Positions 29,160 through 42,896 of a DNA stretch of 64,000 nucleotides are shown piece after piece. The DNA is taken from assembly GCA_963798625.1 (NCBI GenBank), contig CAWCUA010000005.1, positions 58,423-122,422 on the forward strand. The letters run 5' to 3'. The translations under genes were made by a program, and so were the position numbers. The notes beneath the pieces were generated by a model. It had not been told where the DNA came from. It worked only from the letters and a program-made list of their open reading frames with translations, and did not search any database. Every line of letters begins with the position of its first letter. The stretch's first letter is position 1. This DNA is from an uncultured Actinomycetota bacterium (GTDB lineage Bacteria > Actinomycetota > Actinomycetes > Mycobacteriales > Nakamurellaceae).

Positions 29160-30925
29160 GCACCTCACGGACCGCTGCCGGCGCATCCGCACTCACGCCA
29201 TCAACGACCACAGCACCGACGGCCTCGGTGCAGGCGGTCGGTCCGATCAGCGTCGCCTGCGCTGCTCTCGGGCTACCGGATCCGGTTGCGCTCGAGCAAG
29301 AGCTGACCGGAGTGGAGGTCGACGGGCTGCTGCGGTGGTTCACCGTCGCAGAAGACGTCGCCAGGGCGCTGTCCGCCGGTGTCGACCGACTCGGTGACGC
29401 CCTGGGCGCGCTGGCCGCGGGCTGGTCGAGCCCGGCGCCGCGGGTCGCTGTGATGCGCCAATGGGAGGCAGCCAGGGCGAGCGAGCAGATCATCCGCGGC
29501 CAGGTCGACGCCGTCGCCGCAACAAGCGCAATTCTGCGGCAGACGCGACTGCTGGCGCAGGGCCGAGTGGCTGAGGCAGAGAGCGCTCTGCGCGGGATCG
29601 GGTGGCCGGCAGGCGACGACCTGCTTGCCTGGGCCGGGTCGAACGCACAACTGCCTGCGGTGAACGCAGTGCTCTCGACCGCCTGCGGCGAGCTGAGCGG
29701 GTGGCGGGACCGCAACGACGCTGCATTGCTCGGCCTCGCGGACGCGCTCAGGGGGGATCCCAGGCAGCCCGCCCAAGAGCTTGTGCCCGGCGGACCGGCG
29801 GCCGGCGCGTACGTCGGAGCGGCCGGCCTCGCGGCGGGCAACCGGTCAAGCGGTTCCAGATTCGCGGGGACGCCCACTCCGTCCACGGCTTCGGCGTTGC
29901 AGGCGGTGGACCGGGCCAACGCAGACCAGCTGGGTGAAGACCTCCGGTCGAACGACGTCTCGACGGCTCTGATGGCGCTGGGCGTGACGGGCGCGTTGGC
30001 CAGGGCGCGGGAGAACGGCCAGGCGGCGCACCTGCTGGTCTACGAGTCGGCGGACTCGACAAGTCAGGGACGCGCGGCGATCGGAATCGGCGATCTTGCC
30101 GCCGCGGACAACGTCGCCATCGTGGTGCCGGGCATCGGCAACGCCCCGGTGGACATGGCCGACGGGGTCTCCGACGCCACCGCACTCCTGCACGAGTCGC
30201 AGCGACAGGCACCGACCGATGCCACCTCGGTCATCGCCTGGTACGGATACGACATCCCGTTCAGCTCGATCAGCGGCGTTCCGGTCACGCCGCCCGTCGC
30301 CATCGGCAATGCAGCAGCGGCAACAGACGACGACAGTGCGCAGACCGGCGGCGCGGCGCTGACCAGGGACATCGCGGCTTTCAGCGCCCTGGCCCCGGCG
30401 AACGCGCGGTGGATTGCGGTGGGCTTCTCGATGGGTTCGACCACGGTGTCCGCGGCGGCCGCGGTTGGTGGCCGGCTCGACGACCTGGTGATGCTCGGTT
30501 CCCCCGGCGCGGGTCAACTGGTCGGCACCGCCGAGGAATATCGGTCGGTGACGCCTGAGCACACCTTCGTGACGTCGTACGAACAGGACCCGGTCACGCA
30601 TCCGGAAACGGATCTGCTGGCGGCGCTCGCCGGTGCCGCGCTGAAGTTCCCCCCACGCGCCGCACCGTTCGGGCCGGACCCCGCGGCGAAGTCCTTCGGC
30701 GCCCAGGTGGTCGACGTCGCCAGCAACGAACCGGACGTCGACGTGCAACTTGGCCCGGGCATCCTCGGTCCGTTCGGCGCGTTGGACTCGGCAATCACGA
30801 ACGAGGCCGTCGACCTTGCCGGACATCACCAGCAGAGCAATTACCTGGGTGGCGCCTCCCTGCAAGCCGTGGCGTCGGTGGTGGTCGGGCATTACGCCGA
30901 CGTCCCGATCAAGCCCGGTCGATGA
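29156..30925 (+). CDS. Alpha/beta hydrolase (Abhydrolase_8/DUF1023-like) with N-terminal WXG-like helical domain
   Basis: GRAAIGIGDLAAADNVAIVVPG, VIAWYGYDIP, GFSMGST, LVMLGSPG, DPV; LAAGWSSPA in the helical N-terminus. Confidence 0.75.
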   Translation: MSTSRTAAGASALTPSTTTAPTASVQAVGPISVACAALGLPDPVALEQELTGVEVDGLLRWFTVAEDVARALSAGVDRLGDALGALAAGWSSPAPRVAVMRQWEAARASEQIIRGQVDAVAATSAILRQTRLLAQGRVAEAESALRGIGWPAGDDLLAWAGSNAQLPAVNAVLSTACGELSGWRDRNDAALLGLADALRGDPRQPAQELVPGGPAAGAYVGAAGLAAGNRSSGSRFAGTPTPSTASALQAVDRANADQLGEDLRSNDVSTALMALGVTGALARARENGQAAHLLVYESADSTSQGRAAIGIGDLAAADNVAIVVPGIGNAPVDMADGVSDATALLHESQRQAPTDATSVIAWYGYDIPFSSISGVPVTPPVAIGNAAAATDDDSAQTGGAALTRDIAAFSALAPANARWIAVGFSMGSTTVSAAAAVGGRLDDLVMLGSPGAGQLVGTAEEYRSVTPEHTFVTSYEQDPVTHPETDLLAALAGAALKFPPRAAPFGPDPAAKSFGAQVVDVASNEPDVDVQLGPGILGPFGALDSAITNEAVDLAGHHQQSNYLGGASLQAVASVVVGHYADVPIKPGR

Positions 30926-31006
30926 GCCGCACGGCGCCGTCGAAGCCGGTCCGGCCGCCGCAGCCCGCGTAGGGTGGTGTCGCTCCAACGCTTGGAAGGA
31001 ACTCGC

Positions 31007-31624
31007 ATGACCGATGCCACCACCCGGGCGACCCCGCGGTTGTCCAGGTCGGCGCGGCGGGCGCAGCTGATGGCCGCTGCCAAGACGGTCTTCGTGACCC
31101 AGGGGTATCACGCGGCCGCGATGGACGACATCGCGGTCACCGCTGGGGTCAGCAAACCCGTTCTGTATCAGCACTTTCCGTCAAAGCTCGAGCTGTATGT
31201 CGATCTGCTCGGCGAGTCTGCCGACGAGATGGTGCGCCTGGTCCGCGCCGCGCTGACCGCATCCACCGACAATCACGAGCGGGTGGACAACGCGGTCGCC
31301 GCCTACTTCACCTTCGTTGCCGACAACGATCAGGCCTACCGGCTCATCTTCGAGTCTGACCTGCGCGGGCAGGCGGAGGTGGAACGGATCGTCGAGCGGG
31401 CGACCGACGACTGCATCTCGGCGATCACCGACACCATCACCACCGACACCGGGGTGGACGTCGAACGCGCCAGACTGCTCGCGTCCGGCATGGTAGGCCT
31501 GTCGCAGGTGAGCGCACGCTACTGGCTGCAGCAGTCGCCGCACGTGTCCCGGGCCGAAGCAATCGAGTTGCTGTCGACGCTCATGTGGCGCGGCATCTCG
31601 AGGTTTCCGCGTCAGGAGCACTGA
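31007..31624 (+). CDS. TetR/AcrR family regulator (Rv3208-like)
   Basis: GYHAAAMDDIAVTAGVSKPVLYQHFPSKLELY HTH; GGAAGGA RBS. Confidence 0.93.
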   Translation: MTDATTRATPRLSRSARRAQLMAAAKTVFVTQGYHAAAMDDIAVTAGVSKPVLYQHFPSKLELYVDLLGESADEMVRLVRAALTASTDNHERVDNAVAAYFTFVADNDQAYRLIFESDLRGQAEVERIVERATDDCISAITDTITTDTGVDVERARLLASGMVGLSQVSARYWLQQSPHVSRAEAIELLSTLMWRGISRFPRQEH

Positions 31625-31747
31625 ACGTGGCGGCCTGCCGGAAGGACTGGTCCTCCAGCCCGACCGCCGATTCACCGCAACAACGAACGCCGCCGACGTC
31701 AACCGCACTTCACGGTCCGATTGACGTGGCGTCAGGCGAGGCCTTCC

Positions 31748-31972
31748 TCAGGCGCTGAATCCCACCCGACGGCCGTCGGCGGGAGCGATCTCGACATATC
31801 CGATCCGGGACGACGGGACGATGATCCTGCGGCCCTTCTCGTCCACCAGCACCAGCGTGCCAAGCGGGTTCTTCAGCGACTCGTTGATCTGCGCCTCGAT
31901 CTCGTCGGGGTTCGATGTCGAGCTGAGCACCAGTTCGCGCCCGGTGTCCGTCACACCGATCTTGACGTCCAC
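31748..31972 (-). CDS. DUF3107 family protein (Rv3208A-like)
   Basis: MDVKIGVTDTGRELV...LVDEKGRRIIVP...YVEIAPADGRRVGF; GGAGG RBS. Confidence 0.9.
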   Translation of the reverse strand: MDVKIGVTDTGRELVLSSTSNPDEIEAQINESLKNPLGTLVLVDEKGRRIIVPSSRIGYVEIAPADGRRVGFSA

Positions 31973-32129
31973 GCCAGACCTCCATTGCGTTGTCGCTCGA
32001 GTTGTCATCGAGACCTGTTGGCACGGCACACACCCGCACCGGCTCGCTCCAGGCTAGTGCAGGCCCGCCGTGAATCCCGCCGCCCGGGGTGCGCCGTCGG
32101 TGAACAGCAGCACAGCGGCGGAAGGCCGG

Positions 32130-32807
32130 TCAGAACAGCGTGAACTCGTCGGAGACCAGCCCCTTGAGCTGGTCGTAGTCCAGGGTCACACACCGGATGC
32201 CGCGGTCGACGGCGAGCGTCCTGGCCTGTGGCTTGATCTGCTGGGCGGCGAACACCCCGGCCACCGGAGCGAGCATCGGGTCGCGGTTGAGGAGCTCCAG
32301 GTAACGCGTCAATTGCTCGACCCCGTCGATGTCGCCGCGGCGCTTGATCTCGACGGCCACGCTCTTTCCGGTGGCATCGCGGCACATCAGATCCACCGGG
32401 CCGATCGGCGTCGGGAACTCGCGGCGGACCAGCGACCAGCCATCGCCCAGAGTGGCGACGTGCTCGGCGAGCAGCATCTGCAGGTGCGCCTCGACACCGT
32501 CCTTGACCAGTCCCGGGTCAACTCCGAGTTCGTGGCTGGAGTCGTGCAGGACCTCTTCCACCGTGATGACGAGCTTCTCGCCGGCCTTGTTCTGCACTGT
32601 CCAGGTGGCCGGTTCGCCGTCGGCGGCCGGCGCCTGCGTCGTCCAGCATGGTGGCGACATCCAGTTCAACGGCTTGTACGAGCCGCCGTCGGAGTGCACA
32701 AGGACGGACTGGTCCGCCTTCATCATCAGAACCCTGGTCGCCGACGGCAGGTGGGCCGTCAACCGGCCGACATAGTCCACGGAACACCGGGCCACCACGA
32801 GACGCAC
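32130..32807 (-). CDS. nucS: Mismatch-specific endonuclease NucS/EndoMS
   Basis: [33 protein letters not shown]-terminal clamp-binding-like FTLF. Confidence 0.95.
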   Translation of the reverse strand: MRLVVARCSVDYVGRLTAHLPSATRVLMMKADQSVLVHSDGGSYKPLNWMSPPCWTTQAPAADGEPATWTVQNKAGEKLVITVEEVLHDSSHELGVDPGLVKDGVEAHLQMLLAEHVATLGDGWSLVRREFPTPIGPVDLMCRDATGKSVAVEIKRRGDIDGVEQLTRYLELLNRDPMLAPVAGVFAAQQIKPQARTLAVDRGIRCVTLDYDQLKGLVSDEFTLF

Positions 32808-32883
32808 CCGGACACCTTAATCGGTGACGTGACACCCGCCGACCGCCGACGTCGGGACGCTGCGGGTCACGGTAGGTCGGGAG

Positions 32884-34149
32884 TCAGCGGGCGCCGTCCG
32901 CGTCCACCCGCTCGATCTTGCCGCCCAACTGCTGCAGGTCCTCGACGAAGTGCGGATATCCGCGGTCGATGTGCATGACCTCGTGCACCTCGGTCACGCC
33001 TTCGGCGGCCAGCCCGGCGAGCACCAGCCCAGCACCGGCCCGGATGTCGGTGGCCCAGACCGGCGCACTGGACAACTGGTCCCTGCCCCGCAACGAAGCG
33101 TGGTGGCCGTCGGTGCGGGCGTCCGCACCCATCCGGATCAGCTCGTCGACGAAACGGAACCTGGCCTCGAAGACGTTCTCGGTGATCAGCGAATGACCGT
33201 CGGCGACGGCCGCGAGGGCCAGCGCCATCGGCTGCAGATCCGTCGGGAATCCCGGGTACGGCATCGTGATGAAGTCCACCGCTCGGGGCCGCTCGGCCAT
33301 CGTGACGGTCACCGCGCCGGCCTCGGTGTCGATCTGTCCGCCCGCCCCTGCGAGCCGCTCCAGCGGGGCGGTCAGGAACGCCGGGTTCACACCGTCGATC
33401 CGTACCGCGCCGCGGGTGATGGCCGCCGCGTACGCCCACGTGCCGGCGACCACCCGGTCGCCGACCGTCCGGTGTGTCGTCGGGTGCAGCCGGTCCACCC
33501 CTTGGATGCTGATGGTGGCGGTCCCCGCGCCGTCGATCTCGGCGCCCATCTGCCCCAGCAACTCGGCCAGGTCGATGATCTCCGGTTCCCGGGCCGCGTT
33601 GTCGATGACGGTGGTGCCGTCCGCGAGAACCGCTGCCATCAGGATGTTCTCGGTCGCACCGACACTGGGGAAGTCCAGCCCGATGCTGGCGCCGCGCAAC
33701 CGGTCCGCATACCCGACGACGCTGCCGTGCTCGATGTTCATCGTTGCGCCCATGGCACGCAGGCCCGACTGGTGCATGTCCAGCGGTCGCGAGCCGATCG
33801 CGTCGCCGCCGGGCAGCGCGACCCGCGCCTGCCGGCAGCGGCCCATCAACGGGCCGAGCACGCAGACGGACGCCCGGAGCCGGCCCACGGCGGCGAAGTC
33901 CGCATGCGACGACAGTTCGGCGGGCGTGGTGATGGTGACGGTGTCAGCGGCCAATTTCACCTCGGCACCGAGTCCGCGCAGGACGTCGGCCATCAGCGGA
34001 ACGTCGAGGATCTCCGGGCAATTGGAGATGACGGTCGTGCCCTCGGCGAGCAGGGCGGCCGCCATCAGTTTGAGCACACTGTTCTTTGCTCCGGCCACCC
34101 GCACGCTGCCCGAGAGCCGCGCGCCGCCGGTGACCAGGAACCGTTCCAC
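32884..34149 (-). CDS. murA: UDP-N-acetylglucosamine 1-carboxyvinyltransferase
   Basis: [44 protein letters not shown]. Confidence 0.96.
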   Translation of the reverse strand: MERFLVTGGARLSGSVRVAGAKNSVLKLMAAALLAEGTTVISNCPEILDVPLMADVLRGLGAEVKLAADTVTITTPAELSSHADFAAVGRLRASVCVLGPLMGRCRQARVALPGGDAIGSRPLDMHQSGLRAMGATMNIEHGSVVGYADRLRGASIGLDFPSVGATENILMAAVLADGTTVIDNAAREPEIIDLAELLGQMGAEIDGAGTATISIQGVDRLHPTTHRTVGDRVVAGTWAYAAAITRGAVRIDGVNPAFLTAPLERLAGAGGQIDTEAGAVTVTMAERPRAVDFITMPYPGFPTDLQPMALALAAVADGHSLITENVFEARFRFVDELIRMGADARTDGHHASLRGRDQLSSAPVWATDIRAGAGLVLAGLAAEGVTEVHEVMHIDRGYPHFVEDLQQLGGKIERVDADGAR

Positions 34150-34293
34150 GCAGGGAACTCTAACCGGCCCGGGACGGCTCGTTGCGCGCTTCCCGGCGTC
34201 GGCCCGGCTCGCGGCCGGCTCCCGGTCCGGCAGGGCAGAGCGGCGCGGTTCCCGAGGCGGGGCAACCCGCGATCGGGCCGTAGGGTGACACCC

Positions 34294-34869
34294 ATGGCCG
34301 TGCACCTGACCCGTATCTACACGCGCACCGGTGACGACGGCACGACAGGCCTCGCCGACTTCAGTCGGGTGTCCAAGACCGACCCGCGACTGGTCGCCTA
34401 CGCCGATTGTGACGAGACCAACGCGACCCTCGGCCTGGTGATGGCGCTCGGCGACCCGGCCCCCGAGGTGAGCCTGGTGATCCGCCGGGTGCAGAACGAG
34501 TTGTTCGACCTGGGCGCGGATCTCGCGACGCCGGTCGTCGCAGACCCGGCCTACCCGCCGCTGCGGGTGACGCAGGACTACATCGACCGGTTGGAGGCGG
34601 ACTGCGATCGCTTCAACGCCGACCTCACGGAGCTCACGTCGTTCATCCTGCCGGGCGGCACACCGGCGGCCGCACTGCTGCATCAGGCGCGGACGGTTGC
34701 CCGAAGGGCGGAGCGCAGCGCGTGGGCGCTGCGGCAGATCGATCCGGAGCGCAGCAACCCGCTCGCGCCGACCTACCTGAACCGGCTCTCCGACCTGCTG
34801 TTCATCCTCGCACGGGTCGCGAATCCGGACGGCGACGTCATGTGGATTCCTGGCGGCGACCGCGACTGA
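34294..34869 (+). CDS. PduO-type cob(I)alamin adenosyltransferase
   Basis: [45 protein letters not shown]. Confidence 0.93.
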   Translation: MAVHLTRIYTRTGDDGTTGLADFSRVSKTDPRLVAYADCDETNATLGLVMALGDPAPEVSLVIRRVQNELFDLGADLATPVVADPAYPPLRVTQDYIDRLEADCDRFNADLTELTSFILPGGTPAAALLHQARTVARRAERSAWALRQIDPERSNPLAPTYLNRLSDLLFILARVANPDGDVMWIPGGDRD

Positions 34870-34939
34870 AGGCGGGCTGCCGAAGTGGTGGCGGGATGTC
34901 CCGTCAGCGCGGGAACCTCGCGATAGAGGTCGGTGCGCC

Positions 34940-35404
34940 CTAGTTCTTGCGCATGCCCCGGTGGAACAGCCGTACCGATCGGGTGGCGGGCGGCATCGAC
35001 TCCAGCCATGAGCGCATGCCGGTCAAGGCCTCCTCGCTCAGCGCGAGTTCGATCTGCTCGTCGCCGTTGGTACATCGCACGATCACCGCATCGAGCGGCA
35101 AGAGATCGGGTTCGGTACCGACCGGCGAGCGCCGCTCACCGAGCTTGAGCGCATCACGATGCAGTTTGGTGGCAACACCGGGCAGCGGTGAGAACGAGCG
35201 GTACAGCAGACATTCGTTGTCCCGGAAGCGACCCTGGCCGAGCACCCACCCGCGGCCGTCCGGCCGGAGATCGCGGCGCCAGCAGATGTCGATCGCCCCG
35301 GCCCTGGCCAGCGCGGACCGGCGCACGGCGATCACGACGATGGCCAGCACCACCACGAGAACAGCGGCCAGCCCCAAGATCTCGCCGAGCCACACAATGT
35401 CCAT
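34940..35404 (-). CDS. DUF2550 family membrane protein (Rv1312-like)
   Basis: N-terminal [25 protein letters not shown]; follows atpC. Confidence 0.85.
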   Translation of the reverse strand: MDIVWLGEILGLAAVLVVVLAIVVIAVRRSALARAGAIDICWRRDLRPDGRGWVLGQGRFRDNECLLYRSFSPLPGVATKLHRDALKLGERRSPVGTEPDLLPLDAVIVRCTNGDEQIELALSEEALTGMRSWLESMPPATRSVRLFHRGMRKN

Positions 35405-35432
35405 GGCGCGCCGACCGGGATCCGCTGCGAAC

Positions 35433-35825
35433 TCAGATGTCGTTGCCGGTGGCGAGCAGTTGCGCCCGGGCGCGGCGCAGCTCGTTCTCGGCTTCCGCTG
35501 AATCGCCGCCGCGTGCCTTGGCTTCCTCGTACGCGGTGCGCGCCTTGGTGACGTCGATCTCGTCGGACAACTGCGCATCCTCGGCGAGGATCGATACGCC
35601 GTCCTTGGTGACGGACAAGAAACCACCGTGCACCGCGACACCGAGAACGTTGCCGTTCGGCTCGATGATGCGGGCGGCGAAGCCCTCGCGCAGTTGCGCC
35701 AGCAGGGGCGAATGCCCGGCCATCACACCGATGTCGCCGTCGACCGTCCTGGCGACCACCATCTGTGCGTTGCCACTCCAGAGCTCGCGCTCCACGGCAA
35801 CCAGATTCACCTGGATCTCGGCCAC
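35433..35825 (-). CDS. atpC: F0F1 ATP synthase epsilon subunit
   Basis: LVAVERELWSG...GDIGVMAGHSPLL...VHGGFLSV. Confidence 0.95.
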   Translation of the reverse strand: MAEIQVNLVAVERELWSGNAQMVVARTVDGDIGVMAGHSPLLAQLREGFAARIIEPNGNVLGVAVHGGFLSVTKDGVSILAEDAQLSDEIDVTKARTAYEEAKARGGDSAEAENELRRARAQLLATGNDI

Positions 35826-36052
35826 GACAACAGCTCCGCCCTCTACTCGATGAGACTTCCCCGCGAACAACACCTGCAGTCTGACCTACGGTCGTTGCGG
35901 GCGGTACGGCAATCGGAACGATTCTAACCCTGCAGTCGCCGGAAACCTTCGGCCGGCCGCATCGGTCCCCCGATGCGGCACCGCTCCGCCGTCCTGCCGC
36001 GTCTGCACGCAGGCCGGGCCAACTCTCGTCGCGCCCGGCCAGAATGCCTGCG

Positions 36053-38424
<2,372 letters not shown>

Positions 38425-38479
38425 TCACCTCCGGCGAGGACGGTTCGGACCATCGAACAGAACATGGGGTCGGCTCCGG

Positions 38480-40129
38480 TCACTTCTTGGCCGGCGGGCG
38501 CCGGACCTGAACCTGGACCTTTTCGTGGCCCACCTCGGACTCGTCCATCGCCTTGACCTCCGGCTGCCGGCCGAGGATCTGACCCTCGGACGTCGTGAAG
38601 GTGTCGGAGAACTCGGCAAGCGCTGCCAGCAAAGCGTTCTCACTGTCCTCGGACAGGTCGCGTTCGGTCTTGATGGCCTCCAGCGGGCTGCCGTTGGCGT
38701 GCCGCAGGTACTGCAGGAACTCGCTCTCGAAGCGCCGGATGTCGGCCACCGGCACCCGATCCATGTGACCGCGGGTACCGGCCCAGATCGCGACGACCTG
38801 CTCCTCCACCGGGTATGGGCTGAACTGCGGCTGCTTGAGCAGCTCGACCAGTCGCGAGCCGCGGGCCAGCGCCCGCTTGGAGACCTCGTCGAGGTCGGAG
38901 CCGAACGCGGCGAATGCCTCCAGCTCGCGGTACGCCGACAGGTCCAGACGCAGCGTGCCGGACACCTTGCGCATGGCCTTGACCTGCGCGGCGCCACCGA
39001 CCCGGGACACCGAGATGCCGACGTTGACGGCCGGCCGGACACCGGAGTTGAACAGGTCGCCCTCGAGGAAGCACTGGCCGTCGGTGATGGAGATGACGTT
39101 GGTCGGGATGTACGCCGAGACGTCACCGGCCTTGGTCTCGATGAGCGGCAGGCCCGTCATCGATCCGCCGCCGAGCTCGTCGGACAGCTTCGCGCAACGC
39201 TCGAGCAGACGGGAGTGCAGGTAGAAGACGTCGCCGGGGTAGGCCTCGCGGCCCGGCGGGCGGCGCAGCAGCAGCGAGATCGCGCGGTAGGCCTCGGCCT
39301 GCTTGGACAGGTCGTCGAAGATGATCAGGACGTGCTTGCCCTGGTACATCCAGTGCTGGCCGATGGCCGAGCCGGTGTACGGAGCGAGCCACTTGAAGCC
39401 GGCGGAGTCCGACGCCGGTGCGGCGACGATGGTGGTGTAGGCCAGGGCACCGGCGTCCTCGAGGGACTGCCGGACACCGGCAATGGTGGTGCCCTTCTGG
39501 CCGATCGCGACGTAGATGCAACGCACCTGCTGCTGCGGGTCTCCGGTCTCCCAGTTCTGCTTCTGGTTGATGATCGTGTCGACGCAGACCGCCGTCTTGC
39601 CGGTCTTGCGGTCGCCGATGATCAGCTGACGCTGGCCACGGCCGATCGGCGTCATCGAGTCGATGGCCTTGATGCCGGTCTGCAGCGGCTCCTTGACGCC
39701 CTGACGCTCGACCACGGAGGCCGCCTGCAGCTCCAGCGGGCGGGTCTCCTCGGACGGAATCTCGCCGAGGCCGTCGATCGGCTGCGCGAGCGGGTTGACC
39801 ACGCGGCCGAGGAAGCCGTCACCGACAGGCACCGACAGCACCTCGCCGGTTCGGGTGACCTGCTGACCCTCCTCGATCGTGTTGGCATCACCGAGGATGA
39901 CGGCGCCGATGGACCGGACGTCCAGGTTGAGTGCCACACCCAGCACCCCGCCGGGGAACTCGAGCAGCTCGTTCGCCATCGCCGACGGCAGTCCTTCGAC
40001 GGTGGCGATGCCGTCACCGCATTCGGCGACGATGCCGACCTCCTCCCGGGTCACCTCGGGCGAGTACTCGGAGACGTAGCTTTCGATCGCGGAGCGGATC
40101 TCGTCGGAGGAGATCGTCAACTCGGTCAT
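38480..40129 (-). CDS. atpA: F0F1 ATP synthase alpha subunit
   Basis: [30 protein letters not shown]. Confidence 0.98.
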   Translation of the reverse strand: MTELTISSDEIRSAIESYVSEYSPEVTREEVGIVAECGDGIATVEGLPSAMANELLEFPGGVLGVALNLDVRSIGAVILGDANTIEEGQQVTRTGEVLSVPVGDGFLGRVVNPLAQPIDGLGEIPSEETRPLELQAASVVERQGVKEPLQTGIKAIDSMTPIGRGQRQLIIGDRKTGKTAVCVDTIINQKQNWETGDPQQQVRCIYVAIGQKGTTIAGVRQSLEDAGALAYTTIVAAPASDSAGFKWLAPYTGSAIGQHWMYQGKHVLIIFDDLSKQAEAYRAISLLLRRPPGREAYPGDVFYLHSRLLERCAKLSDELGGGSMTGLPLIETKAGDVSAYIPTNVISITDGQCFLEGDLFNSGVRPAVNVGISVSRVGGAAQVKAMRKVSGTLRLDLSAYRELEAFAAFGSDLDEVSKRALARGSRLVELLKQPQFSPYPVEEQVVAIWAGTRGHMDRVPVADIRRFESEFLQYLRHANGSPLEAIKTERDLSEDSENALLAALAEFSDTFTTSEGQILGRQPEVKAMDESEVGHEKVQVQVRRPPAKK

Positions 40130-40228
40130 CGCGTTCCCGTTCTGTGTCATCAAGGCTCTTATGTTTCGCGCGTCATGCTCGTACTTCGTGCCACCGGGTT
40201 CGCCCGGCCCATCGTCACGCCGGCAAAG

Positions 40229-41050
40229 TCAGCCGGACATCCTGCGCCGCAACGATTCCAGCTGCGACTCGACGCTGCCGTCGATCACCTCGTCACCGAC
40301 CTGTACCCGGATCCCGCCCATCAGCTGAGGCACGACCTCCAGGTGGACCGAGACCTCACGGCCGTAAATCCGGTTCAAGGAGCGCTTGAGCCGCGCTGAC
40401 TGTTCCTCGTTCAACGGTACGGCCGCCTTCACGAACGCGACCACCTTCTGCCGCCGCTGCGCCGCCTGATCGACGAGCTCGCGGACGCCGAAGGTGAACG
40501 ACCGGCCGGCAGTGTCCCTGGCCAGCGCGTCCACCAGCTCGGTGACCAACGGATGCGACCGACCGGCGAGCAGCCGATCAACGAGCCGGGACCGGGATTC
40601 GGGGTCCGCCGTCGGGTCATCGAGGATGACGGACAGGTCGGGCGAGGCGTCCACGATGCGGGAGAACCGGAACAGCTGGTCCTCGACGTCGTCCAGTTCA
40701 CCGGTGCGCTCCACCTGCAGGAACATCGCCGTCCGGCTCACCCGGCGCAGCGCATCCTGCAGGTCGCGCGAGGACGACCAGTTCTGCCGCACGGCGAAAT
40801 TCACGACGGACAGCGCCGCGTCACCGACCTTGCCCGACAGCAGCTGGGTGGCGATCCCGGCACGCTGGTCCGGGCTCACCGTGCCCTCGGAGAGGGTCCG
40901 GCGCAGCGGAACCTCGTTGAGCAGCAGGTCGGAGACCTGATCGAGCTGAGTGCCGAGATCTTTCAGTGCGCCCGCGTCGAGCTGTTCGGCCACGGACAGG
41001 ACCTGCGCGTTCGTCGCGATCAGCGACTCGCGACTGGCGATGTGTTGCAT
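40229..41050 (-). CDS. atpH: F0F1 ATP synthase delta subunit
   Basis: Actinobacterial long delta; LMGGIRVQVGDEVIDGS. Confidence 0.94.
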   Translation of the reverse strand: MQHIASRESLIATNAQVLSVAEQLDAGALKDLGTQLDQVSDLLLNEVPLRRTLSEGTVSPDQRAGIATQLLSGKVGDAALSVVNFAVRQNWSSSRDLQDALRRVSRTAMFLQVERTGELDDVEDQLFRFSRIVDASPDLSVILDDPTADPESRSRLVDRLLAGRSHPLVTELVDALARDTAGRSFTFGVRELVDQAAQRRQKVVAFVKAAVPLNEEQSARLKRSLNRIYGREVSVHLEVVPQLMGGIRVQVGDEVIDGSVESQLESLRRRMSG

Positions 41051-41571
41051 CAGCGTTCCAGGTCGGCCAGGAAGCGCTCGACCGTCCTGGCCTGCCGCTC
41101 ATCGTCCTGCAGCGACTCACCGACGACCTTGCTGGCCAGTTCCACCGACACCCTGCCGAGATCGGACCGCAGTTCCGCGACGATCTGGGCGCGCTGGGCC
41201 TCCAGCTGGGCACGGCCGGCCGTCGCGATGCGCTCGGTCTCGGCGTGCGCCTGCGCCAGCATGTCGTCCCGGATGGACTGTGCCTGTGCGCGGGCATCCT
41301 CACGGATCTTGGCGGCTTCCTCGCGGGCACCGGCAAGCTGCTGGTTGTACCGGTCGAGCGCGGCCTTGGCCTCGTTCTGCGCCTCTTCGGCCTTGGCGAT
41401 GCCACCCTCGATGGCCTTGGTCCGCGCGGCATAGGCGCGCTCGAACTGCGGCCAGACGAACTTGCCCAGGACGAACAGCAGCAGCGCGAAGGCGATCGCC
41501 GCGATGACGACCTCGCCCCATGGCAGGCCGATCGGGTTGGTGGCCTCCTCGGCCGCAATGTTGGAGATCAT
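41050..41571 (-). CDS. atpF: F0F1 ATP synthase b subunit
   Basis: TM plus KFVWP...RTKAIEGG coiled coil. Confidence 0.94.
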   Translation of the reverse strand: MISNIAAEEATNPIGLPWGEVVIAAIAFALLLFVLGKFVWPQFERAYAARTKAIEGGIAKAEEAQNEAKAALDRYNQQLAGAREEAAKIREDARAQAQSIRDDMLAQAHAETERIATAGRAQLEAQRAQIVAELRSDLGRVSVELASKVVGESLQDDERQARTVERFLADLER

Positions 41572-41619
41572 TCCGTCCTCACCTCTGCGCTATCGGGACT
41601 CTGAGCTAGCGGTGGCGGG

Positions 41620-41898
<279 letters not shown>

Positions 41899-42074
41899 TC
41901 AATCGCTGACCTCGCCGGTGCGGGCCAGATGGTGCGGATCAAAGCGTGGACTGCTGTGCTGAAAAACTGATGCTGCCAAAGCGGTGTCTCAGAAAAGCCG
42001 GTGTCTCAGAAAGCGGGTGGTACTGGAACGCGGTGCAACAAAAGACTGCGGTGCGAGATCTCCGATCCCCCGAC

Positions 42075-42896
42075 TCAGTGGGAGTCGGCCAAGGAGGACT
42101 CCAGATAGATGGCGGTCAACAGGACGAACACGTAGGCCTGCAGCGAGATGATCAGCAGCTCGAAGAACACCAACCCGAGGCTGCCGATGAAGGGCAGCGT
42201 GCCGAGCACGTAATTGAGCAGGCCACCCTCGCTCCACAGGTAAACGGTGCCGAACGCCGCGATGGTGATCAGCATGTGGCCGGCGAACATGTTGGCGAAC
42301 AACCGGATGGCCAGGGTGAACGGCCGCAGGATGATGTTGGACAGGAACTCGATCGGGATCAGCAGCAGATGCATCGCGATCGGGATGCCGGGGATGTAGC
42401 ACATCAGCTTGAAGAAGCCGAAGAAACCGTGCTTCTGGATGCCGACGATCATGTAGATGAACCAGACCATCACGGCCAGCAGCACCGGAATCGCGAAGTG
42501 CGAGGTCACCGGCAGCTGAGCGACAGGGACGATGCCCCAGAGGTTCTGGATCAGGATGAAGACGAAGAGGGTCGCCAGGAATCCCGCCCATTTGCGTCCG
42601 TTCTTCCCACCGAGGATCTCGATCGCGACGCCGTTGCGGACGAAACCGTAGATGCCCTCGCCGGCGAACTGCAGCTTGCCGGGAAGCATGGCGGCCTTGC
42701 GGGACGCGGCCAGGAAGAACGCGATGAGGATGATGGTGCCGAGGACCAGCAGCACCATCGCCTTCACCGAGGCGATGACCGAGCCGTCGCCGATCTTGTC
42801 GAAGAAGAAGGAGTGCTCAACGGTCGGCGCGACGAACGCGCCGTCGCCCTCTGCCGCCAGCAGGCCCAGCGAGAGCATGCTCACGCTCACGGACAC
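42075..42896 (-). CDS. atpB: F0F1 ATP synthase a subunit
   Basis: RPFTLAIRLFANMFAGH, LQAYVFVLL; start uncertain. Confidence 0.96.
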   Translation of the reverse strand: MSVSVSMLSLGLLAAEGDGAFVAPTVEHSFFFDKIGDGSVIASVKAMVLLVLGTIILIAFFLAASRKAAMLPGKLQFAGEGIYGFVRNGVAIEILGGKNGRKWAGFLATLFVFILIQNLWGIVPVAQLPVTSHFAIPVLLAVMVWFIYMIVGIQKHGFFGFFKLMCYIPGIPIAMHLLLIPIEFLSNIILRPFTLAIRLFANMFAGHMLITIAAFGTVYLWSEGGLLNYVLGTLPFIGSLGLVFFELLIISLQAYVFVLLTAIYLESSLADSH

